Shown here: positions 37,001 to 50,832 of the stretch, in pieces
How positions within the stretch are numbered: the stretch's first letter is position 1
Layout: each line of letters begins with the position of its first letter
Source: Octopus vulgaris
Taxonomy: Eukaryota
Direction of reading: 5' to 3'
Assembly: GCA_951406725.2 (NCBI GenBank)
Contig: OX597814.1
Span: 140,182,001-140,246,000, forward strand
DNA length: 64,000 nucleotides
Made by a program: the position numbers and the translations under genes
The notes under the pieces: generated by a model
Told to the model about the DNA's origin: nothing
The model's database searches: none
Seen by the model: the letters and a program-made list of their open reading frames with translations, nothing else

Positions 37001-39325
37001 TGTGACAGCTAGAGGAGGAAGGGTGCAACACCAGCAACCAGCTGGTACTCATTTACAGCTAAATAAACTGAAGCAATAAGAAAATTATTTTGCTCATGGA
37101 CACAGTACAACACTTGGTCCAGAAACTGAATTCACAAACTTAAAAGTATAAACCACTTTTATTTCACAAAGAATAGAATAATCAACTATCCTTACCTTTA
37201 TCAATATAGTCACGCCAACGCAAGAGTCTCTTTAAAGTGTATTGTTAAAAAAATAGAAGAATTAAAGAATAGAAAATCTCTCAGACTTAATTTTGCAAGG
37301 ATATTGTTAGAAAACAATAAACTGCTAAACAAGATTCTGATATACCATGCAATAGCCAGAATCCCAAATCATTTTAGGTGAACTTTGACAAACCTAGCTA
37401 ATTGAGTGATTGAACAATTAATCAAACAATTGAGTGGTTAATTGGCTAAATGTTAATGAAAAGAAGTAAAACTGGACCAGTGCATGTGTTTATTGTTGGC
37501 ATAATGACCCTCCTGTGGTATAATAAAATCTGCTTCAATGTAAGTTCACATCAAGAATCTTGCAAACCAAATAGAAAAATGAAATAAAAATTAGTATTTT
37601 ACTTTTAATATCTTCTAAACATTCCTTTAGTTTGCTTAGATCAGTTTGAATGATTTTTCTTATTTTGTTTGTTTCTGTCTAATTCAACGGCAAAAGAAAT
37701 AAACTGAAAATGTTCTTAGAGCACCTATGATGGAAATATCTCGTTTTAAGCTCACCAACAAATGAATCAAGCATAAGAAAATTAATGAGGGAAAGCAATA
37801 AGGGAATACAAAACATATTGTCCAAAATTTTGAATATCACCTGTATTGACCAAACTATCAAATGTTATACACTGCTGTTATACACTTCCAATTTTTCTTT
37901 GATTGCATGCTTCTTTTCCATCTTGGCTAAAATTATTTTAACTAAACCATCTTCATATCATCATTAAGGTCTTTTGAGTGGTCTATTTTGATTTCTTGGA
38001 TGCTGTTTGGCAACTGCACAGCTCCACTTGTCATCTATGAATCTTAATTTTTAATATAATTCCTGCTAATTTTAGACCTTTGAACCTTTATTGTGAAATA
38101 GTATTTATTTTGTGAAAGAAACTTTATACATTCAAGACTGTCAGCAATTATTATATTACAAATCCTTTTTTAAAGTCTTATTTTCATTTGGACACTGGAC
38201 CAATGATATTAAGACAATAGCCTTAGTGCCATTGAATATCTGAGCTATTTAATCTTTCTTTGTATATGTGACAGTTGAAATACTGACCCTGAAAAAGTTA
38301 ATGTATATATTCACTTATTTATTGATTTGTAGCATATATGATACTAAATAAGAAATTTGGTTCCAAAAGAACAAAAAGCTTAGTCTCTAGCAAACCTGCT
38401 ATTTCATTGATATAGTGCAAATTTGTGTGTGTAATATGTGTGTGTGTATATATATATGTTTATTTCTAATCTCGGGGTAATAACACTCTGATTCACTAAT
38501 CTGCAGATGCATGCATATATCCTGGTATAAGTTATCTGATGATGGTTGGAGATCAGGCCTATCAAAATATTGTATTTATATAAATATTACAAGAATTGTT
38601 TCATTTCTGTGGATGAAGTTAATAGTCCAACACATTATTTCTTATATTGGAAGCATTACTTAAATTTGCTATTTTTATATAGACATTTCCTTAATTGTCC
38701 TTTATATTATATTTGTAAAAAATTCCTAAATATGATCAGTTTTTAGATCTTTTGTATCTTGTGGAAGGGATGATTATTAGTGCCATTTGTTTATTGCCAT
38801 TCTTTTATGGTTAAAATTCCTGAGAATTATATATTATATGGATGATATCATCATTTATGGATTTAAAATATTGTTATTTCTGTTACTTTCAATACCAACA
38901 AATGGCTTTGTTTATAATTTGTTATTTATAACAATTCCATGGCTAATTTTTTCTTTCTTTTGTATGATTCTGCCAAGCTTGGTCTTGTATTCTGCAGTGC
39001 AATATGCTACAATGGCTCAGTATTGTAAATGCATGGTCACCTAGTGAAAAGGTTTTGCATTTATATGTCCCTTGCAACAGTTTGAGTCAAGGAGTTTACG
39101 ACTTCCGTATTTACTTTAGAATGTGTTTATCATCACTGGTTATTTAGAGTATGCTCTGTGTTTTACAGGCTTATGGTTTCATGTTGAAGAGGATGTTTTC
39201 TTTTCATTCTGGTAAATCTGTAATATATTATTACTTTTACAATTAGGTATGAATAATACAGTTTTATGGGAGCATTTTATAAAGTATCTTTTCTATAAGT
39301 ACATTTTTGTTCATGTGGTAACTTT

Positions 39326-39373
<48 letters not shown>

Positions 39374-39905
39374 CTTATTTGATTCTACTGGATATTGTAT
39401 TTTTTATATATGTGAAAATGAATTTGTTTCTATAATATTCTATGGCTTAGTCCACTAACATGTTTAAGTATCTGTTTCTCACTAATGGTTTGTTTAATTA
39501 TTTTGATTTCATTTTGTAAAATGTCTTTTGTGGATGAGAACCTAAAAGCTCTTATCAAGAGGGATTTTGATCCAGATATTTCACTAATAGACGTATAATA
39601 AAGTATATTTATAATTCAAAGTTCCTTTAGTATTAAACTTAACTTTTTCAAACTTAGGACTATTTGCTAAGACTAAAGGGATCAATGAAGAGAAATAATA
39701 TAAGATGACCTACTTAACATACTTTAAAAGTTATATACTATATGAATACTAAGTTTTATTATATCTATATGTGTGTGTATCATCACCATCATTTTTACTT
39801 TCATTTTTCTATGCTGTCATGACCTAGAAGAAAGTTGTTGAGGCAGATTTTCAATGGCTTTATGCTCTTCGTGACACCAAACTTTATTCATTCCTGTTGA
39901 TATAT

Positions 39906-39960
<55 letters not shown>

Positions 39961-41829
39961 CAGATAGATAGATATGTAATGTTGAGCAGTATATTACGAG
40001 TTACAACATATAACTGTTTAGAATGTTACCAATGATATAAAAATATAACCATTTTATGCTTCTTTTAGCATGTGCTTTTTCCTGACTCGTGGACAACTAT
40101 GCATATGTTCTAATTTATATTAAATAGATTATAATCTTTACCTTCTTTCTCTTATTTGCTCATTTCATTGATGCTTATTGTCTTAGTAAATATTACCTGT
40201 ATTTGAAGAAATAAGCTTAAAACAAGCTTTGCATCAAAATTATATTCAATCTCAATTTCTGTAGCTTCATAAAATAGAGAATTACAGTTGCAAAGAATCA
40301 AGTATTTGGATTTTCAGATTCTCTCATCTTTATCTAAAATAATCTGTTCATCTCTGTGTTCTTAACACTGCTGTAGGACATTCCCTATTCACAAAGGTTC
40401 TAGTAAAATTTCTCTAACTATTTAAAATACCAATAAATTGTTCTTAAACCAATTTGACTTCTTTCTTAAACATTCCATTACAGCAAAACCTCTTATTAAT
40501 GTAGGTTTTGTTTTTGTGTCATTAGATATGTGTCTGAAGGGTAGTGTTCAATGTGGCTTAAATAATACTCTAATTTTCATGCAGATAACTGTTGATATCT
40601 GGTGATGGTGAGGAAGGTGATATATATCATTATCATCTTTTTATTGCCAATTTCCCTGTGCTTGCATTACATAGATTCTCAATAGCCAGATGCCTTTCTT
40701 GCTGCCAACTCTCACCTGTTTCCAACTAAGGTTATATTTCAAATGACCAAATATGTTTTCATGGAAGATTGGTAGTGGGTACTGCTTGTATGACAGTAAC
40801 ACTTATTTTCCAACTATCATGCAGTATGAAGGTAATGAGTCACTCACACACTCACCATGGGCTTCTTTCAGTTTCTGTCTACCAAATCCACACATTGTTG
40901 CAATCAGCTACTAGGCGAAATTCAAGTAGACTATTATTTTTTGATATAATGAATAAATGTATGTGTACATAAAACTCCCCAAGAACAATATAATTTAGCA
41001 AGATATGTCCTTGTTAATTTAATAAGGTTGAAGTGTATATATATATTACCCAAATATCAAACACATTTCAGTTTTAAAGAAAACTACCTTCCAGATGAAT
41101 TAATGAGATATTTATGCTAAATATATTTTGTACACTTATTTAAATACTATTTGTACTTAATAAATACTCTTCTTTCTTAATTACTTTGTTACTGAAGGGT
41201 TTTATGAGAAACTGGTTTTAAATGTTTGAGAAATTAACTCTAGATTTAGTTCTATATTAAAAAGACAATACAACGTTATTGTCTTTTTCTTTTTTATTAG
41301 GAAACATAACCTAGATATTTTTTAATGACTTTAGCACATAACTATAATTATGGGAGGTTAACTAAGTACTATCTGCCAAATGGTGTCAATATTGTTTTGC
41401 AAGACTGTATAATGGGTCAGATCAGATGTTTTTGGCAATATGATAGCATCATGTAACTTAAAGCAGTCAGTGAGCAATAATAGTTTGTTTTCCATCAAAC
41501 TTACTCTATTTTAAAATTTACTAGTTATTTACAATATCAACTCATTTAATACACATGTGTTTTACTTCTACTGACATAATAAAATGTAAATCATGCACTT
41601 AAAGCTGCTTGATGTATAGATATTTTTTCTTTATCATTGCATTTTAAAGAAATTATAAAATTTCTATAGCCTACAGCCTTCTTTTATTCTAGATTTTATC
41701 AAATAAAAACAGGAAGCTCAAGATCACTTCACTAAATTTAATTATGCTATCCGATGCAAATGTTTACAAATATTGGTTCATTTACAGTTTCAATGGAAGT
41801 TACTGATTAAATAATAATAATGATAATCA

Positions 41830-42154
41830 GACAAAATATTTGGCAGTATTTCTTTTGGCTTTTAATGCTCTGAGTTCAAATTTCACTGAGGTTAACTTTG
41901 CCTTTCATCCTTTCAGGGCTGATGTAATCAACTACCTTCTCTCCCTAAAATTGCTGGCCTTGGGTTGAAATTTGTAAGAATTATTATTTAGGCAATGAAC
42001 TGCCAAAATTATTAACACATCAGACAAAATGCTGAGCTCAACTTTGCCTTTTTGGAATTGATAAAATATAGTACCAGTCTAGTAGTGGGGTCAGTGTAAT
42101 CCTCTTGTTTCTTCCCTTTAAAATTACTGGACATGTGACAAAATCAGAAAGAAC

Positions 42155-42193
<39 letters not shown>

Positions 42194-43036
42194 GGTGGCA
42201 AGCTGGCAGAATCATTAGCATGCTGGACAAAATGCTGAGCCACATTTCATCTGTTGCTATGTTCTGAGTTCAAATTCCACCAAGGTCAACTTTGCCTTTC
42301 ACCCTTTCAGGGTCAATAAATTAAGTACCAGTTGAGTACTGGGGCCAATGTAATAATAATAATTAGCATGCTGGACAAAATGCTTAGTGGTATTTCACTC
42401 GTTGCTACATTCCAAGTTCAAATTCTGCTGAGGTTAACTTTATTGAGAGAGAGAGAGAGAGAGCATTGCATGCCATCAAAGTGACACGAGTAAAATATAC
42501 GAAGCCCAGTATACCCACCATGGCTACCTGTCTGATAAGGGTACACTAGACATATGCATCACAACTATATGTGCGCAACATGGTGATCTCATATCAAGAT
42601 AAATAGCACATGACTTTGCAGGTGGGGCCCAGTTAGAATTTCTTCAGGTTGAATAGCTCATCTCACTCAAAAGGTCCCTGATTTTGGGTTTAAGGATGTT
42701 GAATGAAACACCCATGTTTCTGGAGGTGAATCATCTAAACCCCAAAGGATTCCTCTCAACACATGGCTATGATGCTCCCCCACTATTTCTGCTCATGATC
42801 AGAGATGCACGTATTGTCAGCCACTAAGGGACATGCTCAACTACTTAAGGTCAAACAACTGACAAGCAGATCTGTGGTATTGAGCAGAATATTTGCTGTA
42901 GCCCATCTTTTATACCAAGACAAAACAATGTGCATGATAACACTTTCCAATCAGTTAAGATCAGAAGCCATGAGAGTCACTGCCTGAACTGCATTATTAT
43001 TATTATTATTATTATTAATTATCATTATTATTATTA

Positions 43037-43087
<51 letters not shown>

Positions 43088-43360
43088 GGGTGCTGGTATT
43101 GCTCTTTACATTCTGAGTTCAAATTCTGTTGGGGGTCAACTTTTCTTTTTGTCCTTTCAAAGTGAATAAAATTAAATGTTATGTGCTGAGGTTGATATAA
43201 TTGACAAACTCTCTTCCCCAAAAATTTCTGGCCTTTTGCTTAAATTAGAAAAAGATTATTATTCTTAGGGTCATGGATTGTTAGAATCATTAGATCATCA
43301 GAAAGAAATACCTTGTGGTATTTGTTCCAACTCTTTACACTCTGAGTTCAAATCCTGTTT
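41830..43360 (+). mobile_element. Head-to-tail array of ~6 family-C SINEs/fragments separated by (TTA)n, with a nested family-D element
   Basis: Repeated GCTGGCAGAATCATTAGCA...GAGTTCAAATT...GGTCAACTTTGCCTTTC units at ~41830, 41990, 42193, 42360, 43088 and 43270. Confidence 0.75.
42443..42995 (-). mobile_element. Family-D retroposon, full length
   Basis: Colinear with 51108-51645. Both stop at the same point (...GCCATGAGAGTCACTGCCTGAACTGCA / ...ACCATGAAAGCCACTGCCTGATACTACA). Confidence 0.8.
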
Positions 43361-43399
43361 CAAACCCTAATCTCAACATGATGCCATGTGGGTAAGTCT

Positions 43400-44640
43400 T
43401 TGAGTTTTGGGTTATAAATTTGTCTATCTTTTTTTATCATTCCCACAGCACTTATTATTATGGGTTATGTTTCTGTTTACACATCTAGTTTTCTACATTT
43501 CCAGATCCTTATAGTTGGATAATTTCTACATTTCACTTAGAAATATCTTGTCATCTGTTGGAATTGGTATATCAATTTGGAGATGTATTTTTTATTTATT
43601 ATGGTCTTTGACAATGATATCCAGATGGTTTGTTCTAATCTCTTTGTATAAATTGGAACATCTCAAAGTATAATCTCTGTCTGTCATTCTCTGAGATCGT
43701 TTTCATATGGATATTTCATAATCATGGAATAGTTTCTACTGTATGAAAGCTCCAACTCTGTCAGCTCACTTTATATATTCCATTGTGATTAAGACTTCAC
43801 TGTGAAACATATGTCATTGACTCCTTTACAACCTCTACATTTTCTGCAATTCCCTGTTGCCTTAATGTATGATTTTGGTATCCAGAGTATGCATTTGAGG
43901 CAATATTAAATTAAAATAGCCACCTATGTGTCATGCTCAATGTATGCACACTGTTGATAGACCAGTTACTGTGGTAGCTGTCCTGAGATAACATCTCTTA
44001 TGGACTTGATGTGTTAAAAACATTGTCCATCATACACATCATACATACAGATGCACATGCACAACATACATGGGATGTATTTTCATCTTTTTTATATATA
44101 CTGTGCTTTTAACACAGCTAGTCCATAAGAGAGTTACTACAATAACAAACCTGTTGACAGCACATACATTACATATGATACATACATGGCTAATACAATT
44201 TTGATAATTTCTGGTGGGAAGGCTTTTTCTTGTGCTGTTATCAAAACACCTTTAACCTCAGCTTTGTTTCCTGTGCTTCTCATCTAATGTTAATTTTTTC
44301 CTAAATTTTACATCTTTTGCTCAGACTTGGCAGTATTGGCCATGTAGGAACTTTTCCTTGCCACCATGATAATTTGTAGTCCCATTTTAAATAAAGTTTC
44401 AAATTTTCTTTATACTTTCTCTTGCAGTTTCTTCTTACAGCCTCCACCACTTGTTTTAATTTTTAGATCTCCTTGAAGATGTAAAACTGGTTTTTCATTT
44501 TGTTCATATTTTGAAATTATTTGTATTTAGTTCCTCTTTATTCTTTATTAGATATTTATAGTCCTACAGGTGATATTTCAAAATAATTTTCTAGTTTCTG
44601 AAAACTTCTGCATCCTTGTAAATATTAAGGTCTACTACAT
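43400..44640 (-). mobile_element. Degenerate R4/Dong-clade LINE (post-RT region, CCHC zinc knuckle, RLE), interrupted by a MITE
   Basis: Minus-strand patches: QGCRSFQKLENYFEISPVGL, KEKFLHGQY, SLPTRNYQNC, GNCRKC, EYIK*ADRVG, EIRTNHLDIIVKDHNK, IDIPIPTDDKIFLSEM*KLSNYKDLEM. Confidence 0.75.
43917..44192. mobile_element. Palindromic MITE-like element with ~90-100-bp imperfect inverted arms, TA-flanked
   Basis: TA-GCCACCTATGTGTCAT...ATGATACATACATGGC-TA; the inner arm CTCTTATGGACTTGATGTGTTAAAA pairs with TTTTAACACAGCTAGTCCATAAGAG. Confidence 0.7.
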
Positions 44641-47600
44641 GAAATGTTGCCCTTCAAAAAAAATACATACACATTATAAATAGTTTATTTAATCAAAAAA
44701 ATACTCCATTCAATTCTTTTAATGGGTCTCCATTTATGACTTTGATTTCCTTCATGACTCACTCTGGAAGCTCCCATCTCCAGAATGAAGTTTCTGAAAC
44801 CCACTACTGCACTATCCACAAATTGATATAATTCCTAAAAAGTATTTGCATCACATCTGTTTTTCCTGTGCTTATTTAAGGTAGTATTTTTAATGTTGGA
44901 TACTCTTCATATCACTAACTTTTTCCTGTTTTATAAGTACATGCACAGCACACACACACACACACACACACAGATAGAGAGAGACAGACAGACAATGGGT
45001 TTCTGTATAGTTTCACTCTACCAGTTTCATCCACAAAGCATATGCCATACAAAAGTAATAATAAAAGAAACTTTTCCAAGTTGCTGTACAGTGGAACTCA
45101 ACTGAAGGCCACAAGGTTGTGAAGTGAACTTCTAAACCACACAGTTATACAAGTTCCTAAACATATCTCCACTTCAATATATAATCATATACTTTTCAAT
45201 TCCATCAGCTTATACTTGAGGCAGGAAACCAAAAATTAGTTTGGAAATATTAAAGTAATTGTTCATCTCTTTTTAAAATTTTCCTTTTAATAGGTTCATT
45301 ATCAAAATCATTCCAAGAACTAACTGCCTCTATTCTGATGATGTATGCCCACTTGATGGTTATCAAATATAAATTTATTGACAAGCTCCTAAAAATAAAT
45401 GTTTGGCTGTTTGCCCATTATTGTCCTAATCATAGTTATGTTTTTGTTTTGCTTTGTTTTGTTTTTTTAATTTAAACCTTTGAATTCATGAATAAATCAT
45501 AATACCATTTAGATTAAATTGATTGTCATAACACATTCTTTGTAGAATCAATTTAAATATCATTAACTATTAAAATTTAATTAGTTTGCATTTATAGTAA
45601 TTTACAACCAATCCTTGAGAATTAACAGCTATCCTTTGCCAAACATTTATTTAACTCATTAATTTATGTTAGCAGTGTTCAGGTGTTCATATTCTAAGAA
45701 TATGAACTGAAGAATTTAGTCCATATTTGAGAATTTAAATAAATATATTTTACTTTGATGTATTATATTTTTTCATCAACTTTATTTTTAATCTCTACAT
45801 TTGGGAAAGCTGCAATTTATCATATAACAACACGCTTATCGTTTCTGCTAATTTATTTCACATTATTAATTACTCTCACCTTAAATGAGTTAGTAATTAA
45901 ATTGGAACTTATTTATTAGTATAGACCGTTGCATGATAAACAGGTGTCATGATACCTGTGAAACATGATTTGCATATTGATTTAGCAATTATTGGTATAA
46001 TGTAAATCAAATTAAGAACTTAAATAAAGTATATAAATTAAGAAATGAATCTTAATCATTGTGATTGTTGGATGGTGTAATAATTATTGTTGGCTATGAA
46101 AGTTGAATGAATTTAAAATGGAAACACTGAGGCTCTAAGTAAAACAAAATCAAAATACCAAATATATTAAGCTCTATAAATTTAATTACATATTTAAAAT
46201 AGCATAGAAGATTTAGTAAAATAAATAATTGTATAAAGTCTTATGCTGAAGCTTTAGAATCCTGCTGTATTCACATATTCCTTTGTTGGCATGATTATTG
46301 CATGTAACAATTTTAATTACAAAATCTTGCATTGGAATCTATCATAATTCAATCATGAACTACATTGACTAATTTATAGGACAATGTCAAGAGTTTCTTT
46401 TAAAATGACAGATGAAATGTCTGTAACCTTGGTGTTCAACAATTAACACCAACCAAATGACAAGTATAATTCTATATCAGCATTACAAATTGCTATATAA
46501 TACTAACTCCAGATAATACCATTTATAGCATTCTACCACTGCTGTTATCAATGACCATTCCAAAAACAAACAGTACAAAATCAACCTACAAAATGCCAAC
46601 TGAACGAAAGGTTAACAACAGTGAAGTTCACTTGAAATGTCAAGATTACCTCAGTATTTAATTTTGTTATTTAAACACTAAAAAGCAAAGATTACTTTTC
46701 AAAAAATAATGATAAAGCATATAGAGATGAAAAAACAATAATATTTTCTCTGATATAAAAGTATAAGCATGCACATACATGTATGGTAGTAAAATGGCAG
46801 GGTCATTAGATAGGCTACCTTACTGACTTTACCTTGACTGTCTGTGCTCTGGGTTCACTTCCTACTGTAATCAACTTTACCTTTCATCCTTTCAAGGTTG
46901 ATAAAAAATAATGTGGCCATCCAGAGTAGTGGATTGGCACAACTGTTAATGGGCTGAGCAAGATGCTTTGTAATACCAACCACTTCACAGCATGTACTGG
47001 GTGCCTTTTTCATGCTACTGGTATTAGTAAGGTTGCTATGCAGCTCACAAGACTATGAATCCAGAGGGAGAGTGGCTTTATGCTATGAAATGAAGAGTTT
47101 AAGTGTAAGGACAGGGCAGATGCTTGTTGTAGAGGAGCTATATGGCTATTCATATTTCAAAGACAGAGTGAGAATGGTCAGTAGGGGCTGCAGCTCTGAC
47201 AAAAGTGGTGCCAAGCTATATTGAGTGCCAGCCTTGCTCAAAATAAAATCTTTCTCAGGTCTGTGCATACATGTGAAGATACATGCCCAATCTTGACCAA
47301 CAGAGGCCTGGAATTATAGTAATTTTTCCTATTCGTTAACTATATACACTGGGTAGTAAGCTTGATCTGTTGCTCAGCTTAATGTCACAACCTGCTTCTT
47401 ATCGAAGTTCCTTTTTGCTATGAATATTCAGGCCAGTGGTTTGGGAATAATCTTATCTTGTCTTCTGACCAATCATAAAGGACCTGGAAAGGGCTATGGG
47501 GCACTGATTAATTCATTGTAAGAGAAAGCAGGAAAAGATTGAATGTGGTAATAAATTTTCAATGAGACAACGTTAATTGTGAATGTTTATAGTAATTGGA

Positions 47601-47959
47601 ACTAGTTTGAGTATAAAGAATAAACCAATTAAAGATTTTAAAAAATGATTTATTACATGCTTTGTGCTAATACTCTACATAGACTAAGTTTAGATGAATG
47701 GAAGAGCTTAAGTTACACAAACACACACATACTCTTTCACTCACATTATATATTTTATATTTTCATGTAGAACACAGCATGAATCAGAAGTATTGAAACA
47801 ATAAATGTAAATATTACAAAGCCTGGCTATGGAGGAAATAAGAATGTGAATACATCCATTCTATGCAGAACGTTTTATACTGAATTGTTAAGAAAAATGA
47901 GGATCTTTCTGATTAAAAAATAGGTTAGAAAAGTAAAGTTACTGTGGTGTTAATAATTT

Positions 47960-48365
47960 GGTTTAGTTCCTCCTATACCCTCGACCAAATTGTGCAGCAA
48001 GTTGATGCCACTGGTTTCTGTTGCCTGTGGTTTTCTTTGCATCCTGACACATGGTATTGGCTTCTCACATGTCAATTACTGTGCCACAGACTTTCTCTCT
48101 TTCTGCTTCTCTCTGTTGGTGTCCATTTAAAAGCTGTTTTAGTCCGACATTGTTCTGTTAATCTGAATATGTGACTTGCTGGTTTTAATCTTCATTCCCT
48201 GATTTATTTTACTTGGTGATCTTGTGTCAACTCTCTTTAGAATGTCTTCATTGGTTATATGGTCTTACCAGTATGTTCTCAGAATCCTTCTGAAGCGTTT
48301 TTGATAGAACACATTTAACTTTCTGTCAGTTTTCACAATATTCTTCCATTCTCTCGCTGGCATAG
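47960..48365 (-). mobile_element. RTE-clade LINE 3' fragment (a second RTE family)
   Basis: Translation YASE/EWKNIVKTDRKLNVFYQKRFRRILRTYW*DHITNEDILKRV.../RLKPASHIFRLTEQCRTKTAFKWTPTERSRKR...NRNQWHQLAAQ. Confidence 0.8.
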
Positions 48366-48734
48366 TTAATAATAACTCAATTCAGCTATTGGTTAAGTAA
48401 TAAGTGAATTAAGCTGTTATAGAGCATAATTTCTTAGACAGTATCAAGAAAACTAAGCAACAAACTTATATCAGCATAAATTAAATCAATAGAACCTCTT
48501 TTAGGCATTAGATTTCTAATTCTTTCAATTTCTTTCAATTTTCATTGAATCTTTTTTTTTAATTAAGTTTAGATCTTTATAAGTTATTTCAAGTGAATAA
48601 AAAAATAAAACTTTTTTCCTCTTTTTTTTTGTTGATCTTTACTATAACTTAGTTTGAAATTTATACTTTTTTTTTATTTTTTCCCTTCTTTCTTATTCAT
48701 GTGCAGTGATTCTTTTTTTAAATTCCATCAACAA

Positions 48735-48960
48735 TGGAGGCGCAATGGCCTAGTGGTTAGGGCAGCGGACTCGCGGTCGCAGGATGGCGGTTTCGATTCT
48801 CAGACCGGGCGTTGTGTGTGTTTATTGAGCGAAAACACCTAAAAGCTCTACGAGGCTCCGGCAGGGAGTGGTGATCCCTGCTGTACTCTTTCACCACAAT
48901 GGCGGTGCCCCAGCATGGCCACAGCTCAAGAGCTGAAACTGGAAAAACAAAAAACAAACA
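48735..48960 (+). mobile_element. Young, CpG-rich tRNA-derived SINE
   Basis: A box TGGCCTAGTGG, B box GTTTCGATTC; tail GGCGGTGCCCCAGCATGGCCACAGCTC..AGCTGAAAC plus an A-rich end related to the family-A tail. Confidence 0.75.
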
Positions 48961-49375
48961 AAATCTTCATTCAATTTTTGTTTGTTTGTTTTTTAAATAA
49001 CAGCAGTATATGAATTAGCTTTTTTTTTTATATCTAGTCCATTCTTTCATTTTATATCTGCATTGATATTTATGGACATCTCTTGTTCTCTTAATGCAAC
49101 CATAGCCATCATCTCAATCAACAATCTGTTTCTCTTGTATAGATTGAAAGCCAGTCTTACATCATACTAGATGTACTCTCCTCCTAACATCATACTATGT
49201 GTACTATACTACCAACAGCAAGCTGAATGTACTGTACTGGTGAACAGACAAGTGTTATTAAAACGACTTAGAAATAAAGTTTTTTTTTTCTTAAATTATT
49301 TATCTTCATTTACAAATCCTTCAAGTTAGAATTTAATACAAATATTTATCAACCCTATATTACCTATTGACATCC

Positions 49376-49448
49376 TTATATATATGTGTATGTGTGTAAA
49401 AATATATGTTTGTATGTATGTATATATATATGTATATATTTATGTGTG

Positions 49449-49508
<60 letters not shown>

Positions 49509-49543
49509 GTGTATATATATATATATGTATGTATATATATATG

Positions 49544-49614
<71 letters not shown>

Positions 49615-49779
49615 ATATATATATATGTGTATATATATATATATGTATGCATATATATGTATATATATATATACATACATATATGTATATATATATATAT
49701 GTGTGTATATATATATATATACACACATATATATATATACATACATATATGTATGTATATATATATATACATATATATG

Positions 49780-49831
<52 letters not shown>

Positions 49832-49845
49832 CATATATATATATG

Positions 49846-49887
<42 letters not shown>

Positions 49888-49929
49888 CATATATGTATAT
49901 ATATACATATATATATACATACATATATG

Positions 49930-49961
<32 letters not shown>

Positions 49962-50015
49962 TGTATATATATATATGTATATAGGTATATATATGTATAC
50001 ATATGTATATATATA

Positions 50016-50046
<31 letters not shown>

Positions 50047-50057
50047 ATGTGTGTGTG

Positions 50058-50091
<34 letters not shown>
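49376..50091. repeat. ~715-bp compound (TA)n/(TATG)n/(TACA)n microsatellite
   Basis: Visible directly in the sequence; source of six spurious long ORFs. Confidence 0.97.
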
Positions 50092-50094
<3 letters not shown>

Positions 50095-50599
50095 TACATA
50101 GAAATATGGTAACTATTTTAAAATTATTTGTTACGTTTTATTAAATTGTTCTGTTTACCCTTTCTTCTTTCCTTTGTTTATAACCAAAAATATTTCATCA
50201 CATAAGGAATAGCAACACTAGAACCAACTCTGATCAATGTATTCTTATGTCTGTTTTTTTTTTTATCAACTTCTATTTATTTATCATTATCCTTATCACC
50301 TTGCTAATATCATTGCCATTATTAGCACTGCATGATGGCACTCTGGTATAATTCCAGATATTTTTATGCACTTCTGTATTTAAGTGGTTTGCTGTTCTCT
50401 AAGCGTGTGTGGGTATGTAAAATACGCATGCACACACACACACACTCACACACTATTTTCTATACTTTACACACTTTTTTGTTTCTTGCAATGATGATGA
50501 TAATGGTTATTATTATTATCATCATCATCATCATTGTCATCATCGTCATCATCATCACCATCATCATTATTATTATTATTGTTTATTATTATTATTATT

Positions 50600-50788
50600 A
50601 TTAGCACATTGGACAAAATACTTAGTGGCATTTCTTCCAGCTCTTTGCATTCTAATTCAAATTCCACCAAGGATAACATTGTCTTTTTTTCTTAAAGGAT
50701 CAATAAAATGAGTACTGGTTGCACATTGGAGTCTATGTAATTGACTTCCACCTTCCTTCAGTATGCCTTGTGCCTTATTCAAAACAAA

Positions 50789-50832
<44 letters not shown>

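Noticed and set aside
47385-47405. TCACAACCTGC resembling the 5' end of miR-67/307
   Set aside because: The match stops after 11 nt and there is no precursor hairpin.
48738-48812. tRNA gene
   Set aside because: Has A/B boxes, but the acceptor and anticodon stems do not pair and it continues into a SINE body and tail.
49360-50112. Long ORFs (170-240 aa) of YI/IY repeats, and similar ORFs at 9215-9885 and 10874-11267
   Set aside because: Translations of (TA)n/(TG)n microsatellites, which lack stop codons.
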